A program made the translations under genes and the position numbers. A stretch of 64,000 bases of DNA from contig NC_042997.1 of NCBI RefSeq assembly GCF_006345805.1, positions 12,772,001 through 12,836,000 of the forward strand, read 5' to 3'. Shown here in pieces: positions 1 to 13,017 of the stretch (position 1 is its first letter; every line of letters begins with the position of its first letter). Origin of the DNA: Octopus sinensis. Its lineage: Eukaryota. Under the pieces are notes generated by a model. That model was not told the DNA's origin and made no database searches. It worked only from the letters and a program-made list of their open reading frames with translations.

Positions 1-316
1 AGGGCGCGTGGCTTAGTGGTTAGGGCATTCGGCTCATGATCGTATGGTTGTGAGTTCGATTCCCGGCGACGCGTTGTGTCCTTGAGCAAGACACTTTATT
101 TCACGTTGCTCCAGTCCACTCAGCTGGCAAAAATGAGTTGTACTTGTATTTCAAAGGGTCAGCCTTGTCACTCTGTGTCACGCTGATTATCCCCGAGAAC
201 TACGTTAAGGGTACACGTGTCTGTGGAATGCTCAGCCATTTGCACGTTAATTTCACGAGCAAGCTGTTCCGTTGATCGTATCAGCTGGGACGCTCGTCGT
301 CGTAACCGGCGGAGTC
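1..316 (+). mobile_element. tRNA-derived SINE, family A, variant 1 (CORE-like middle)
   Basis: A/B-box head (TGGCTTAGTGG...GAGTTCGATTCCC), then GTTGTGTCCTTGAGCAAGACACTT. The 3' ~170 bp is shared with the copies at 38742 and 42393. Confidence 0.8.
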
Positions 317-439
317 TTTTTTAAGATATATAAACATAGTTATTTATTTATTAATGCAGGACTTAGTGAGTAATCATAAATCAAAAGTAAAAACCTAAAC
401 CATCTTTTTTATCTTACACACCTGAGTCATGTAACAATA

Positions 440-822
440 TTCTTTTCTACTCTAGGCACAAGGCACGAAATTTTGGCGAGAGGGGGCCAATCGATTAGAT
501 CGACCCAAGTACGCAATTGGCACCTAATTTATCGACCACGGAAGGATGAAAGCAAAGTCGACCTCGGCGGAATTTGAACTCAGAACGTGACGACAGACGA
601 AATACTTATTTCTTTACTACCCACAAGGGACTATGCACAGAGAGAACAAACGGATCAAGTTGATTACATCGACCCCAGTGCGTAACTGGTACTTAATTTA
701 TTGACCCCGAAAGGATGAAAGGCAAAGTCCACCTCGACGGAATTTGAACTCAGAAGGTGAAAACAGACGAAATATCGCTAAGCATTTCACTCGGCATGCT
801 AACGTCTCTGCCAGGTCACCAT
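440..822 (-). mobile_element. SINE family C dimer (tail-1 unit joined to headless tail-2 unit)
   Basis: Two copies of the core GTCGACTTTGCCTTTCATCCTTTCGGGGTCGATAAATTAAGTACCAG (minus strand), junction at ~605. Same layout as 54004-54398. Confidence 0.85.
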
Positions 823-1880
823 CTTAGGTCATGTATCAATATTAATCGAGTAAATCTTCCAGTGAATAACTTATGACGCTCGAAATCAAAATTTTTAATG
901 TGCAAAAGTACTTACAGGTGAAAAATTTGTATCCAAAGATTATTTATTAACTGGAAATGTATTTAAGAGACTGTTTAATCAGCATCTACAGCATCTACAT
1001 ATCTCGAAAAAGTCTTTGAACACATGACTAATCAAAATACATACAGTCTCTGAAAATTAGGTCAGAGTATGACATTACTTTACATTACTGGGTGCAGTGC
1101 TGGTACTATGCCAACAATAATACATGTATTTGTTATAATAAGTAACTTTTGATATCAAACATGTCACCAAATTAACTATCGATTACTTTATCCATTGTCT
1201 ACACTAATAAACTCTTGATCAGTCGAGAAGTACCTTTCTCTAATGCTGTTTACAAAACTTTAAAAGGTAAATGAGGAGCGAAATTTTGGCTCTTAAATGT
1301 TATTCTTAAATAAACGTACTGAAATTAATTTTTTCGTCGCCAACTTCATAAATTTTGAAATACCTATTGGCAAAAAGCCGGGATTCTACTTGATACAATT
1401 ATTCACGCTTAAAAAGGTTTAAAATGTTACTTTATGCACAGTGGATCAAATATCCTTTACGTTTTGTTATCGTATACGGTAACTACAAATTGTTCAATAA
1501 TTGATAAAATTTTAAGATAACTTAGTATATCAATGCACCACATCGTTTACTCAAACACTATAGTATCTGCAGTAAATAAACTATATTAACGCAAGTCTAT
1601 TAATGAAAACTGTAGTTTAATGAGATGAATTCACCTTAGATTATATTAGGTAAATATATGAGTGGAAGTCATGCTCATGTGTTTTTATATATACATATCT
1701 ACCTACACACACGCGTGTGCATATTTATGTATACATATGTATGTATGTATATATGTGTGCATGTTTGTGTGTGTGTGCATGTTTGTGTGTGGGTGCGTGT
1801 GTGTTTGTTTGTGTGTGTGTATGTGTATATACATATATACTTACATGCACACACACATATTTAAGTATCTATGTATTCAT

Positions 1881-2294
1881 ACTCTCTCTTTTACTCTTTT
1901 ACTTGTTTCAGTCCTTTGACTGCGGCCATGCTGGAGCACCGCCTTTAGTCGAGCGACTCGACCCCGGGACTTATTCTTTTTTTGTAAGCCCAGTACTTAT
2001 GCTATCGGTCTCTTTTGCCGAACCGCTAAGTAACGGGGACATAAACACACCAGCATCGGTTGTCAAGCAATGCTAGGGGGACAAACACAGACACACAAAC
2101 AAACACACATACATATATATACACATATATACGACAGGCTTCTTTCAGTTTCCGTCTACCAAATCAACTCACAAGGCATTGGTCGGCCCGGGGCTATAGC
2201 AGAAGACACTTGCCCAAGATGCCACGCAGTGGGACTGAACCCGGAACCATGTGGTTGGTTAGCAAGCTACTTACCACACAGCCACTCCTGCGCC
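1881..2294 (-). mobile_element. tRNA-derived SINE, family B, with internal microsatellite and 7-bp TSD
   Basis: GGCGCAGGAGTGGCTGTGTGG head, (AAGAGT/AGAG)n tail. TATTCAT is duplicated at 1874-1880 and 2295-2301. Confidence 0.9.
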
Positions 2295-3449
2295 TATTCA
2301 TGCAGATATCCATTTGATAAGTTCCTGGGAAGATTACGATCTGTATTGGTGATCTCAATCAGTTTGGAGTACAGTTGTATTAAAGTTTACTGAGAGAAAT
2401 CCATGTTAGTGATGTCAATTGCTTATTAACTAATATATTTCTAATTAAATGTATTTCATTTTCCGACAGGTTTCAAAATTTGTCATCATTTAAGAAGTTA
2501 CATGAAGTTGTTATGATAATGTACTTATTCTTAAATGCTATAATATGTGAAGTTAGTTCCAATTTGGAATCTCTCTTCCTTGTAGAAGTATATGAATTAA
2601 ATCGTTTACTTTGACATTTCTCCTACGTCTATGTTTAAATGAAGATTTATGCTTGACACAAAGAAATGTAAATACTGAAGGGCATCATTTGCTTTGCAAT
2701 TCCTTGTCTTGGGATTAAATATTCACTAGATATCTCGTTACTTTCAACAGCAATAAGCCATTTCGATCTCGGAAGGATAAATGTTTAACGGAAGAGAAGA
2801 CAGTGAAAGGAAAGTAAGGAAAAGCTCAAATAAAGTACCGTATCAAACGTAGAAGTTGACAACCAGCTAAGAAGGAGATAAAATGATAAATTGATCCACT
2901 ATCGGGAAAACTAAAGAAAACACATCAAGATACCAACGACGAATAAAACAATATTCACGAAACTGGCTCAGCAGAAATAATGAAAGAAAACGTTACCAAC
3001 AAGGGAACAATGAGGATGATGATCACTTGGATGATATAACAAACGCAGAAGCAGAAAATAACTTTTGCTCAGTTAAGTGAAGTGAACTTCTTTTGAAGTT
3101 TAAAAGGAAAGAAAATCTGGTAAGACAGTGGTCAGTCTGTGGCAATGGTCAGGCTGCTGCTACCTGTAGGTGCAAGTTCAGTGAGTCGGAGTAACTGTTC
3201 CAGGGTGATTCTCACGTGTCATCCTCCGGTGTGCAACACCTATTCCATTAGATCTAACAGAACCATGCGGCGGATTGACTAACCTTCAGTCTCTTAAAAA
3301 AATATAAGGAAAAGAAACATCAATAGATTTGAATTCTCATTTTGAAAAGAGTTGTTCAATAATTGACTTCAATTTTGCTTTGTCTGGAACGACGACAGCA
3401 AACTTAGGAATAAATAGAGTCATGAGAGCCTCTCGGAACAGTCCTTAAT

Positions 3450-3950
3450 ATGTGAATATTACGGAAGCAGAAATGAAAAGGATTATTAAAATATATTAAT
3501 TTGGAAAATCTCTGTATTGAATTTTCAGAGATTTAGGATAAAAAATTTCACAGAAACACGCTCAACCTATAATCCTCTGTTTTTCTGAATCTTCTGAAAA
3601 TGAATCACCAGTATGTATGAGAAAAGGAAGTACAGTGGTCATACGGAAGGGCTTAACACTTAAAATAAATAAGAAGGGAAACTTTGCAGCCTAATACATA
3701 TCTAATATTGCTTTAGAAATTACCAACTAGTTGCAGCACATAGCAGATGAATTGTTTAGTTTTATTTTTCCCATATGAAAGTAGAGTGTATATCAAGGAA
3801 ATTGAGACAAGTAAAAATTATCAGGATCTGGCTACAAAGATGACTAGATTGGGGCACAGAAAGTTGAAAAATGCTCCTTGGCAATTACTACACTCGCAAC
3901 AACACAAATACTTGTCAATCAGAAGAAATGTCAGTCATTAAAATTCGTTT
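3450..3950 (+). pseudogene. Highly decayed R4/RLE-clade non-LTR retrotransposon fragments
   Basis: Broken frames give ITEAEMKRIIK..WK..FRIKNFTET..PVCMRKGSTVVI (pre-RT-like) and KEIETSKNYQDLATKMTRL (RLE-like). Recognised by eye. Confidence 0.4.
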
Positions 3951-4269
3951 AGATATAGGGACAAGATGAACACTACTAGCCTTAGTAAATTAATTTAGGC
4001 ACTAAAAGATAGTGACAAAGTATATTCTATTGGTTGGGAATAATAAGGCAAAATCGTATGGAATATGTGATAATAGATGTGGCCGTTGTATGAAAGAAAT
4101 GTGTCAAATTTTCACTTCTAAATTTACTCTTAGAAACACAAGTCAGCAACAGGCTCTAATATGTCTACACTTGAGAAAATATACGTTTAAACAATTTAAA
4201 TAATTACAACTCACCATCTATAGTAATAATGCTAGTTAAAATAATGGGCATAATAATAAAAAATATTTA

Positions 4270-4732
4270 TAATAATAATGATTTCATTTATTTGCCACAA
4301 GGGCGAAAGATGAGAGGGCAATACAAGACAGTTATAAAGTGTGGGGGTTACATATAATGAAATAAGAAAAAAGAAAATAGAATGTATTACCGAAAAAGAA
4401 GAGGCAAACGTTAAAAAAGAAGTATACAAAAGCATACAAACGTTAAAGAAGTGGCGGGGAGAGTGATGGAGAAGTGGATCTCTTGATACAGGAAGGCCTC
4501 TAGGGATAATCGATGAACCCCACTATCCGAGATTTCTCTGAAAGCCAGGAGCAAGTGCCCTCTCCAATTCTTTCTCTCCCGCTCACAGGTTTACACTTAG
4601 AGGGATACCATCCACTCTTGCCATTTTCGCAACTTTCACCCATCTTTCAATGAACTCACTCGACAGCACTTCCTTTTCCAATCTCAATTTCCTTTACAAG
4701 TGAAACTTTAAAAAAATCAATGAGAGCTCTAC
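4270..4732 (-). mobile_element. 3' end of a Tx1/L1-like LINE (ORF2 C-terminus plus 3' UTR)
   Basis: KFHL*RKLRLEKEVLSSEFIERWVKVAKMARVDGIPLSVNL* with stop at 4583-4585. The UTR ends CCCTTGTGGCAAATAAATGAAATC(ATT)n. Confidence 0.55.
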
Positions 4733-4751
4733 CAAAGAAGTATATATATAG

Positions 4752-4922
4752 GGCGCAGGAGTGGCTGTGTGGTAAGTAGCCTGTCTACCAACCACATGGT
4801 TCCGGGTTCAGTCCCACTGCGTGACACCTTGGGCAAGTGTCTTCTACTATAGCCTCGGGCCGACCAAAGCCTTGTGAGTGGATTTGGTAGACGGAAACTG
4901 AAAGAAGCCTGTCGTATATATG

Positions 4923-4953
<31 letters not shown>

Positions 4954-5176
4954 GTGTTTGTGTGTCTGTGCTTGTCCCCCTAGCATTGCTTGACAACCGA
5001 TGCTGGTGTGTTTACGTCCCGGTCACTTAGCGGTTCGGCAAAAGAGACCGATAGAATAAGTAATGGACTTACAAAGAATAAGTCCCGGGGTCGATTTGCT
5101 CGACTAAAGGTGGTGCTCCAGCATGGCCGCAGTCAAAATGACTGAAACAAGTAAAAGTGTAAGAGAGAAAAAGAGT
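4752..5176 (+). mobile_element. SINE family B, full length
   Basis: High identity to the other B copies; head, internal (TA)(TG) tract and tail all present. Confidence 0.9.
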
Positions 5177-5244
5177 ATATCAGTCCTCATGCCTTTCAGC
5201 TTCGTCCACGGAACAACTTCTTTCGCCACAAATAATAATAGTAA

Positions 5245-5800
5245 TTCTACGGTAGGTGCAAGGCGTGAAAGTGCGTATATCGATTACATTGACCTTAGTG
5301 CTCAACTGGTTCTAATGAAAAGCAAAATCGACTGAAAGGCAAAGTCGACCTCAGCTGAACGTAAGACGAACGAAATGCCGCTAAGCATTTTCCCAACGTG
5401 CTAACAATCCTACCAGCACGCAGCCTTACTTTGTACTATAGTAACACGGCCTGGAATTTGTTGGGAGGCGCTAGTCGATTATATCGACTCCAATCATTAA
5501 CTTATACTTATTTCATCGACCCCACGAAAATGATGAAAGGCAATGTCAACATCGTGGTGATTTGAACTCAGAATATAAAGTGCCAGAACAACAACAACAA
5601 CAGCAATAATAACGATTTCAGGGAGGGGTAAGTTTATGACATCGACGCAACTACTAAACTGGTACTTATTTTATCGACTCCGAAAGAATGAGAGGCGAAG
5701 TCGACCACAGTGGAAATTGATCTCAGAACGTCTAGACGGACGAAATACTGCTAAGCATTTGCCCCGGCTTGCTAACGATCCGGCCAACTTGCCACCTAAA
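5245..5800 (-). mobile_element. Cluster of three decayed SINE C copies
   Basis: Repeated GGCAAAGTCGACC / ATTTGAACTCAGAA / CTAAGCATTT motifs. Confidence 0.7.
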
Positions 5801-6574
5801 TAATAATAATAATCATAAAAGAACAACAAATCATAGTTTGAGTGATATTTAGAAGTGAATCAAAGAAACGAGATTGCATGAAAACATTTACTAGGACCCA
5901 GCAATAAAGTATTACATGATGCGATGAAGGATGTTAGTGAACAAAGACGGGCTGGTCAGAGGAAACGAATTAAGATCAAGAAACGAATATAAAAGATTGA
6001 ACAAGATGAAATTATAATGGCTGTACGAGAGTGCTGCATGGGACGACGGGTGCAGAAGAAATACCCGTTGAACAAGAGAATCAGTGGCGCTTGGATATGG
6101 AAGGAAGAAACGCACTATCTGAAGAAGACCTTAGTGTACCTCAAACTGAGGAGTCACAGGAAGAAATTAGCCCAGAATATTTTAATCGATACGAATAAAA
6201 AGCTCAATATAAATGACCAAATACCACTCTCTTATGGAAGGAGTTCAAAGTGTGGGCCTTCCACGATGTAGTTACACCAGTATTCCAGAATATTGTAAAG
6301 ACAGTGAACGAGAATGTGGAAAATGCTAAAACCCATCATTGGAAATGAAACACAACACTATAGACTCAAACGTAAGGGTGATAACTATCATGATCAGTTT
6401 TCTTGGGACCACTGCAAATAAATCAATGTCCTGATATGTAAAGCTGAAAATAGTGATGATAATAATAATAATGTTAAGAAGAATAACGCTTTTATGCAAG
6501 GCGAGTTTCTTCATTTAATATTTAACTCTCTTATATAAGTGCGTATAAAGAAAGTACACTCGGATATGCGTAAA

Positions 6575-6620
6575 CTATCTATCTATCTATCTATCTATCA
6601 TCTATCTATCTATCTATCTA

Positions 6621-6662
<42 letters not shown>

Positions 6663-6683
6663 ATATATATATATCTATATATA

Positions 6684-6744
<61 letters not shown>

Positions 6745-6745
6745 T
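6575..6745. repeat. (ATCT)n + (AT)n compound microsatellite
   Basis: Read directly from the sequence. Confidence 0.95.
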
Positions 6746-7314
6746 GAACTAAAATTATTTCGCCAGTTAAAAATTAATTGCAACGCATTTTAAAATTTTC
6801 CAAGCATTTCAGATATAAAATATCAGAATAGATTTGTCTAAAGATTGTAGCCTGGAGGCACTAAATACAAAAGTAATATTTAGATGGCAGAGCTTCAAAT
6901 TAGTCAGATTAATGGTATTTCTCAAACATCGACACTTACTTGTCTTAGTAATGAGAGGGTAATAAAATATCTGTGAATATGCCTGCCAGCAACGAGATGT
7001 GCTTGCAACGCGTTCTAAATTGTGTTAGGTTCGCTGATTTTCATATACACATGTAATAATCATTTGTTATCCGTTGTAGGTTAAATGCTTCAATAAAAAT
7101 ATAAAAGAACAATAGAGGAAAACAGTGATTAATAATTGGAAAAGCTGGCAGTAATCTGATACGTTAAGTTGAGAAAAATATTTTGATCGAACACTTTATA
7201 GATGAGAAAGAATATGATCGTAGACGATAGTAAATAGAACGCAATAAAAGGAATCGGTGTTGATACGCATATAAAAGTATGTGCTTTATCTTTATTACCA
7301 TATCTCATGTATTG

Positions 7315-7705
<391 letters not shown>

Positions 7706-7733
7706 AAAGATATTATTGTAGTCTGCTAGAAGC

Positions 7734-8771
7734 ATTGTGTATTGTTTGTAAAGAATAAAATATTTTGAATGACACAACAATGCACTATAATACAAACAAT
7801 AGACTATAATAACTGTTCTAATTTAATCATCCATAGTCTAATACGTTATTTCGGAATAAAAATTCCATTCTTCAGGTATCACTAGGAATTGATGGAGTCG
7901 CTGCTAAAATCGATTTTCCAACGGCCTTTCTGTTTTTCTTTTTTTTCCCGAAGTGTCTCAGCATTGGTCTCACGAGCTCCTTCCGGAATTCCTCATGAGA
8001 AGGGCATGAGGTCGGCCATATCTCAATCTCGTATGAGCTGGCACATCCTTAGCGCTGCTTCTAAGTTATGTATTATACGTGCAGCTTCCTTTTTTTCCCC
8101 CTTCTCCTTTTTCCCCCTTTTTTTCTGTTATAAACAATACATGAGCATGTTATCAAAAATGAACCTACACGCATCCAGATGTAGCTAAATGATATATTGA
8201 TTACTAAACTCCAGCCTGTAATTAATTTGGGGCCATATTCTGTGCATGAGTATAGCTTCCTTAATCCTTAAATTACCCAAATTTTCTTCATTACCCAAAT
8301 TTCTTTCTTTCATTTGTCGGTATTCCGGCATCTGTCTAAACGTTTTCTGAAAGAGAATGCTCTCGTGTACAGATGTTCTTTGATCCGGACATGTAACTGT
8401 CTTGTCGTGCTGCCCACATGGAACTTGTTGCATTACCTACATTGTATTCTATACACAACATGTCCCCGTTGGCATAAATCTGCCGTTGTCCTTCGGTATG
8501 TATGTTCAATGGTTGACGTAGTGCTGGATATTATTTCAGAGAATTTGCGTATGTGCTCATATAGTTAGTGGTGTAGATGGTGTATGATTTTTCTCATGAC
8601 GAACGTATGTGTTGGGAATTATTCCGATTTTAGCACGTTTCTCAGATAGCTTGATCAACTCCCTAGTTGCGAACTCGACCTGGCCCAGGCGTAGAGATAG
8701 GAGAGTATTGTGTATTGTTTGTAAAGAATAAAATGTTTCGAATGACACAGCAATGCACTATAATACAAACA
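7734..8771 (-). mobile_element. Penelope-like element remnant (GIY-YIG endonuclease C-terminus, bounded by 65-bp direct repeats)
   Basis: Minus-strand HVVYRIQCR*CNKFHVGSTTRQLHVRIKEHL then LRIKEAILMHRIWPQIN (~8480-8185). Direct repeats at 7734-7798 and 8707-8771. Confidence 0.75.
7839..7881 (-). ncRNA. Minimal hammerhead ribozyme motif, decayed
   Basis: TGATAC CTGAAGA AT GGAAT TTTT ATTCC GAAA TA A C GTATTA; U16.1 appears changed to A. Confidence 0.5.
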
Positions 8772-8774
8772 CTG

Positions 8775-8829
<55 letters not shown>

Positions 8830-10334
8830 TAGGCACTTTCGCATATCCATTACATGTAAGAGAAGCAACAATTCAGAAATTCGTAGATAAAATGAAAACC
8901 AGCCTGTCACAGCATAGGTGTCAGCTTACTACGCAAAGGAAACCTTACATCAACTCATTGCAAGTTTACTAAAGCTCTGTCTAGCAAATAATCTATTACT
9001 ATATCAAGGATTTTCTTTAATCCTGCTATTCTCTCTCTCTCTCTCTCTCTCTCTCTTGCTCTCTCTCTCTCTACCTTTCTCCCTATCTTTCTCCAATAAA
9101 ACAAAGCTTACCAGATTTATTTAATCTTCAACTTTCAATAGTAAAACACTTCTTTACATACAGACACCACAGACAGACGGACACATAGATAGATAAATAG
9201 GTAGATAGATAAATAAATGTATGTATATGTACATGTAAGTATATACGTATGTGTGTATGTATGTATGCATTATGGATGGATGGATGAATGGATCGATCGA
9301 GAAACATAGATGGATAAAATTACTGAGTTACTGTTATCGTGTAATAACCTTGAATTAACAGTGATATTATACAGAGGTTCGCAAAACAAGCCTCCATACA
9401 TACCTCAGGAATATTGTTCAATAATGGATGGCACTTTTCTGCAGGCTGACAATAAATATAATTCAAAGAATTTTGGTAGTAACTGCTACGTTTTTTGCAC
9501 TGGTCCCAAAAAATACTCTCTCACACGCGCGTTACACACACACACACATACACAGACACCCACATACACCTATATACATTGTAGGTGTGTATGTGTGACT
9601 ATGTATGTATATGTATGATTATATGTAAATGTACGAATAGATTACTTTCGATTGTATGATACAAATGATTAGGGATCAAATCATGTCTAAACTCATTAAA
9701 ACCCATTAACAATCATTAATTTCAATGATTTGATATTATTAAAAATAGTTTGTTTACGGAATCCTTGTAGAATTGAAATATCTGTGAATAGTTCTGAAAT
9801 TGAATATATTACACTTGTTAGGAACAGTAATTTGTTTGCTTTTCCTGCTGAGATGAACTTTCAATAAATCGGAAATTTTAAGCATCCGAGTTTTGAGAAA
9901 TAAATTAGCGAATATGTAGATAGATAATTCAAGTTAATAAAATGAACATAAATATCTTAGAAGGCCACGACCATGACTATTTTGATGACCGTTTTTAGTA
10001 AAGTAACTAAAATCCAAGAAAACTATTAGGGGAATAGATTGAGTCTATTCTCCTAGTGGTAAGCTTACCAAGAAGCTTTGTCGGTTACCCCTTCATTTTC
10101 AGTAAATTCTATTTGTTTGTCTCACATATCAATCACATATGTCAATCAGTTAAACTTTTTAGATTACAGCATGTATCTGTCGAACTACGTCCATTTTATT
10201 CCAGATTTAAACTCAACATTTTGCCCATTGACATGTATATTTTATGGTTCAATTTGGGTTTCCGGTATTCATGAACTTATGGACTCTGATGGACTGATAA
10301 ATATGATGCCTTTAAAATTAAATTGTAATCTAAG

Positions 10335-10535
10335 CGCAGCGAGATGGCAGAAATTTTCCCGCGCGGGGAAAAATGCCACCGAGGTTAGCTTTGCATTTTA
10401 TTATTTCGGGGTCTATAAAATAAATACCATTTGGGGGATCTAACTGGGACCGATGCCATTTGAGGGTGCCAACTGGGATCGATGTAATAGACCTACCCCT
10501 CCTGTCAAACTGTTGGCCTTGTGCCAAAATTTGAA
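10335..10535 (+). mobile_element. Decayed SINE C
   Basis: GCCACCGAGGTTAGCTTTGCATTTTATTATTTCGGGGTCTATAAAATAAATACC core and GGCCTTGTGCCAAAATTTGAAAC tail. Confidence 0.6.
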
Positions 10536-10885
10536 ACTATTAATTTTGAATGTCAGCAGAATATTACGTGTTTGACATAGAATTTCAAAGAGAGCGACAT
10601 TCCTACTGCAAAAGGATTAATTAAATGAACGAAAGTAGATACTAGTGGACCAAGTCGTTGTACGAGTGGTGAGAGATCTATACACCGAAAAGAATATTTC
10701 TTTTATCTAGTGATTCAAAAGTTGTTGACTGAAGCATTTGTTATACATCAACTCTTTTCGAAAGTAGATTAAATATGTGAATTTTAAGCAACATCATCAT
10801 ATTAGATGTTCGTGGACGATTCTGTAATAGTAATTTTGTCCTAAACTCAAAATCCGATGTTCTGCGTAGTGTAAATTCTTTGCTA

Positions 10886-11146
10886 TACTCTTTTACTCTT
10901 ACTTGTTTCAGTCATTTTACTGTGGCCATGCTGGAGCACCGCATTTAATCGAGCAAATCGAGCCCAGGAATTATTCTTTGTAAACCTAGTAATTATTGCA
11001 TTGGTCTCTTTTGCCGAACCGTTAAGTTACGGGGACGTAAACACACCAGCAACGGTTGTCAAGCGATGTTCGGGGGACAAACACAGACACACAAATGTAT
11101 ACACGCAGATACATACATACATACATACATACATACATACATACAT

Positions 11147-11192
<46 letters not shown>

Positions 11193-11346
11193 GACGGGCT
11201 TTCAGTTTCCGTCTACCAACTCCATTCACAAGGCTTTGTTTGGCCCTAGGCTATAGTAGAAGACACTTGACAAAGGTGCCACGCAGTGGTACGGAACCCG
11301 GAACCATGTGGTTCGTAAGTAAGCCACTTACCACACAGCCACTCCT
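10886..11346 (-). mobile_element. SINE family B
   Basis: Full homology to the other B copies, with an expanded (ACAT)n/(AT)n centre. Confidence 0.9.
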
Positions 11347-12977
11347 GATAAAATTTCAATGCTTTTTCTCTCATCAACATGACCTATTCAAATATGTTAC
11401 CGTTTTACAATGTGAAAACACCAAACTCGTCAGTTTCACCTGCGACGTAGAGCACGTCACTCCTTTAGGAAATAAAAAAAAAAACCCATACGTTTTCAAT
11501 ACCGATTAGTGTTATTTCTGATATATTTCTCCTAATATACTACTTGTCAGATAAGATGGTCGTCATCATTTAGTCACAAAATTTCTTTTACATCATCAGG
11601 AATTCTAAATAGACCATAAATGTGTATACCTAGCTGCCAGATTACTTCAAAACTCGCCTCAACCTCTTGAGAACGCGTTATACGATATAAGAGGATAATT
11701 TGGGCAAAGTTTTCTCCTTAAATGTAAAAAGTCTGCGTCTCAGCAATTCAATTCTAAATCCCGAGGAGATCAACTTTATTTTCCATACTTTCCAGATCGA
11801 TTAAAACGAAAATACCAATCTAGGGTTTCGATCAAATGTAATTGTAGGATCGTTGATCTAGATGCCTTATGGTATTTGTTCTAGTTCTTTTCGTATAGAA
11901 TTCAAATCCCACTATGGCTGGTAAACTTAATTCAGAACCCAGTTTTACAGGGCCACCTGGCATCTTGCCAAACATTCATGCAAAGTCTACAGTTTGAGAA
12001 TACCGTCCACACACCAAACTTAGAGACTTGTGAAATACCACGAATTCTGCTTTCACTCCCGACGAAAGCACCTAAAGCAAACCAGTATTAACACACTTTG
12101 AATACTTGCTGATTTATTATTTTTATTTTCAATTTGTGCAACAATTTATTACAAAACTTCCTGGTGATTCAGCAATTATCTTCATTCGCTTTAATTGTTA
12201 AATATATTTAAAAAATCCAACAGAGATTTGGACGCTTATACATTTACGGTGAAATTCGTTTCACCAAATTTCAAACAGGGAATTGAAACTGAAACTCCGA
12301 ATCACAATTTACTGCAAAATAACGTTTAACTTACAGGACTTGCCACATGATTATTTGTATGGATATCAGCAAAGAAAGCCAATTAGTGTGGTGGTTTAAC
12401 AAAACAAACAAAAGAATATGAAATATAATGGTTGTTCTCTATACTTATTACTAGAGACAAATTTTTTTAAGCGTGCCACCTTTAAACCAAACTATGATAA
12501 CGATGTTTCAGTGAATACCATCAAATAATAGGCAATTGGAAATATAGCCACGAACATTGCGGAAATTAAACAGAGTTATGTAACAAAAACTGGTCAACAT
12601 ATACGAATATGGAAAGGTCTAAAAAATAATGAACTTGCTTCTCATTTTGTTCGCTGAATACAATAACAATGGTAGGAAACAATGCTAATATTGGAGATAT
12701 TTTTATTCATATAATTTACCATATTGTATATCATGCTCTTGTTTTCAGTCCATCTCATAAAAGACACGATTTTTTTCGTATGACGTTATATAATAAAATA
12801 AAGATATGTATGCCCAACAAAGATGCATACAAACGCCACACATATGTATGTATATACAAAGAAGCTAACATAAACACAGAGAATATTATATTATATTATA
12901 TTATATATACATATATATATATATATATACGCGTATGTATACACACACACGCACATACAGACATTCTTATACCCATA

Positions 12978-13017
<40 letters not shown>

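Noticed and set aside
2060-2393. Recurrent ORFs 'MLGGQTQTH...SFSFRLP' (also at 4729, 11066, 18131, 30231)
   Set aside because: They are antisense readings of SINE B, repeated because the SINE is repeated.
2450-2620. Strong splice-acceptor-like site TTTCATTTTCCGACAG
   Set aside because: No convincing downstream donor or recognisable peptide.
5880-6480. Purine-rich coding-like stretch
   Set aside because: Stops occur in all frames and no firm motif was found; probably decayed LINE, but unassignable.
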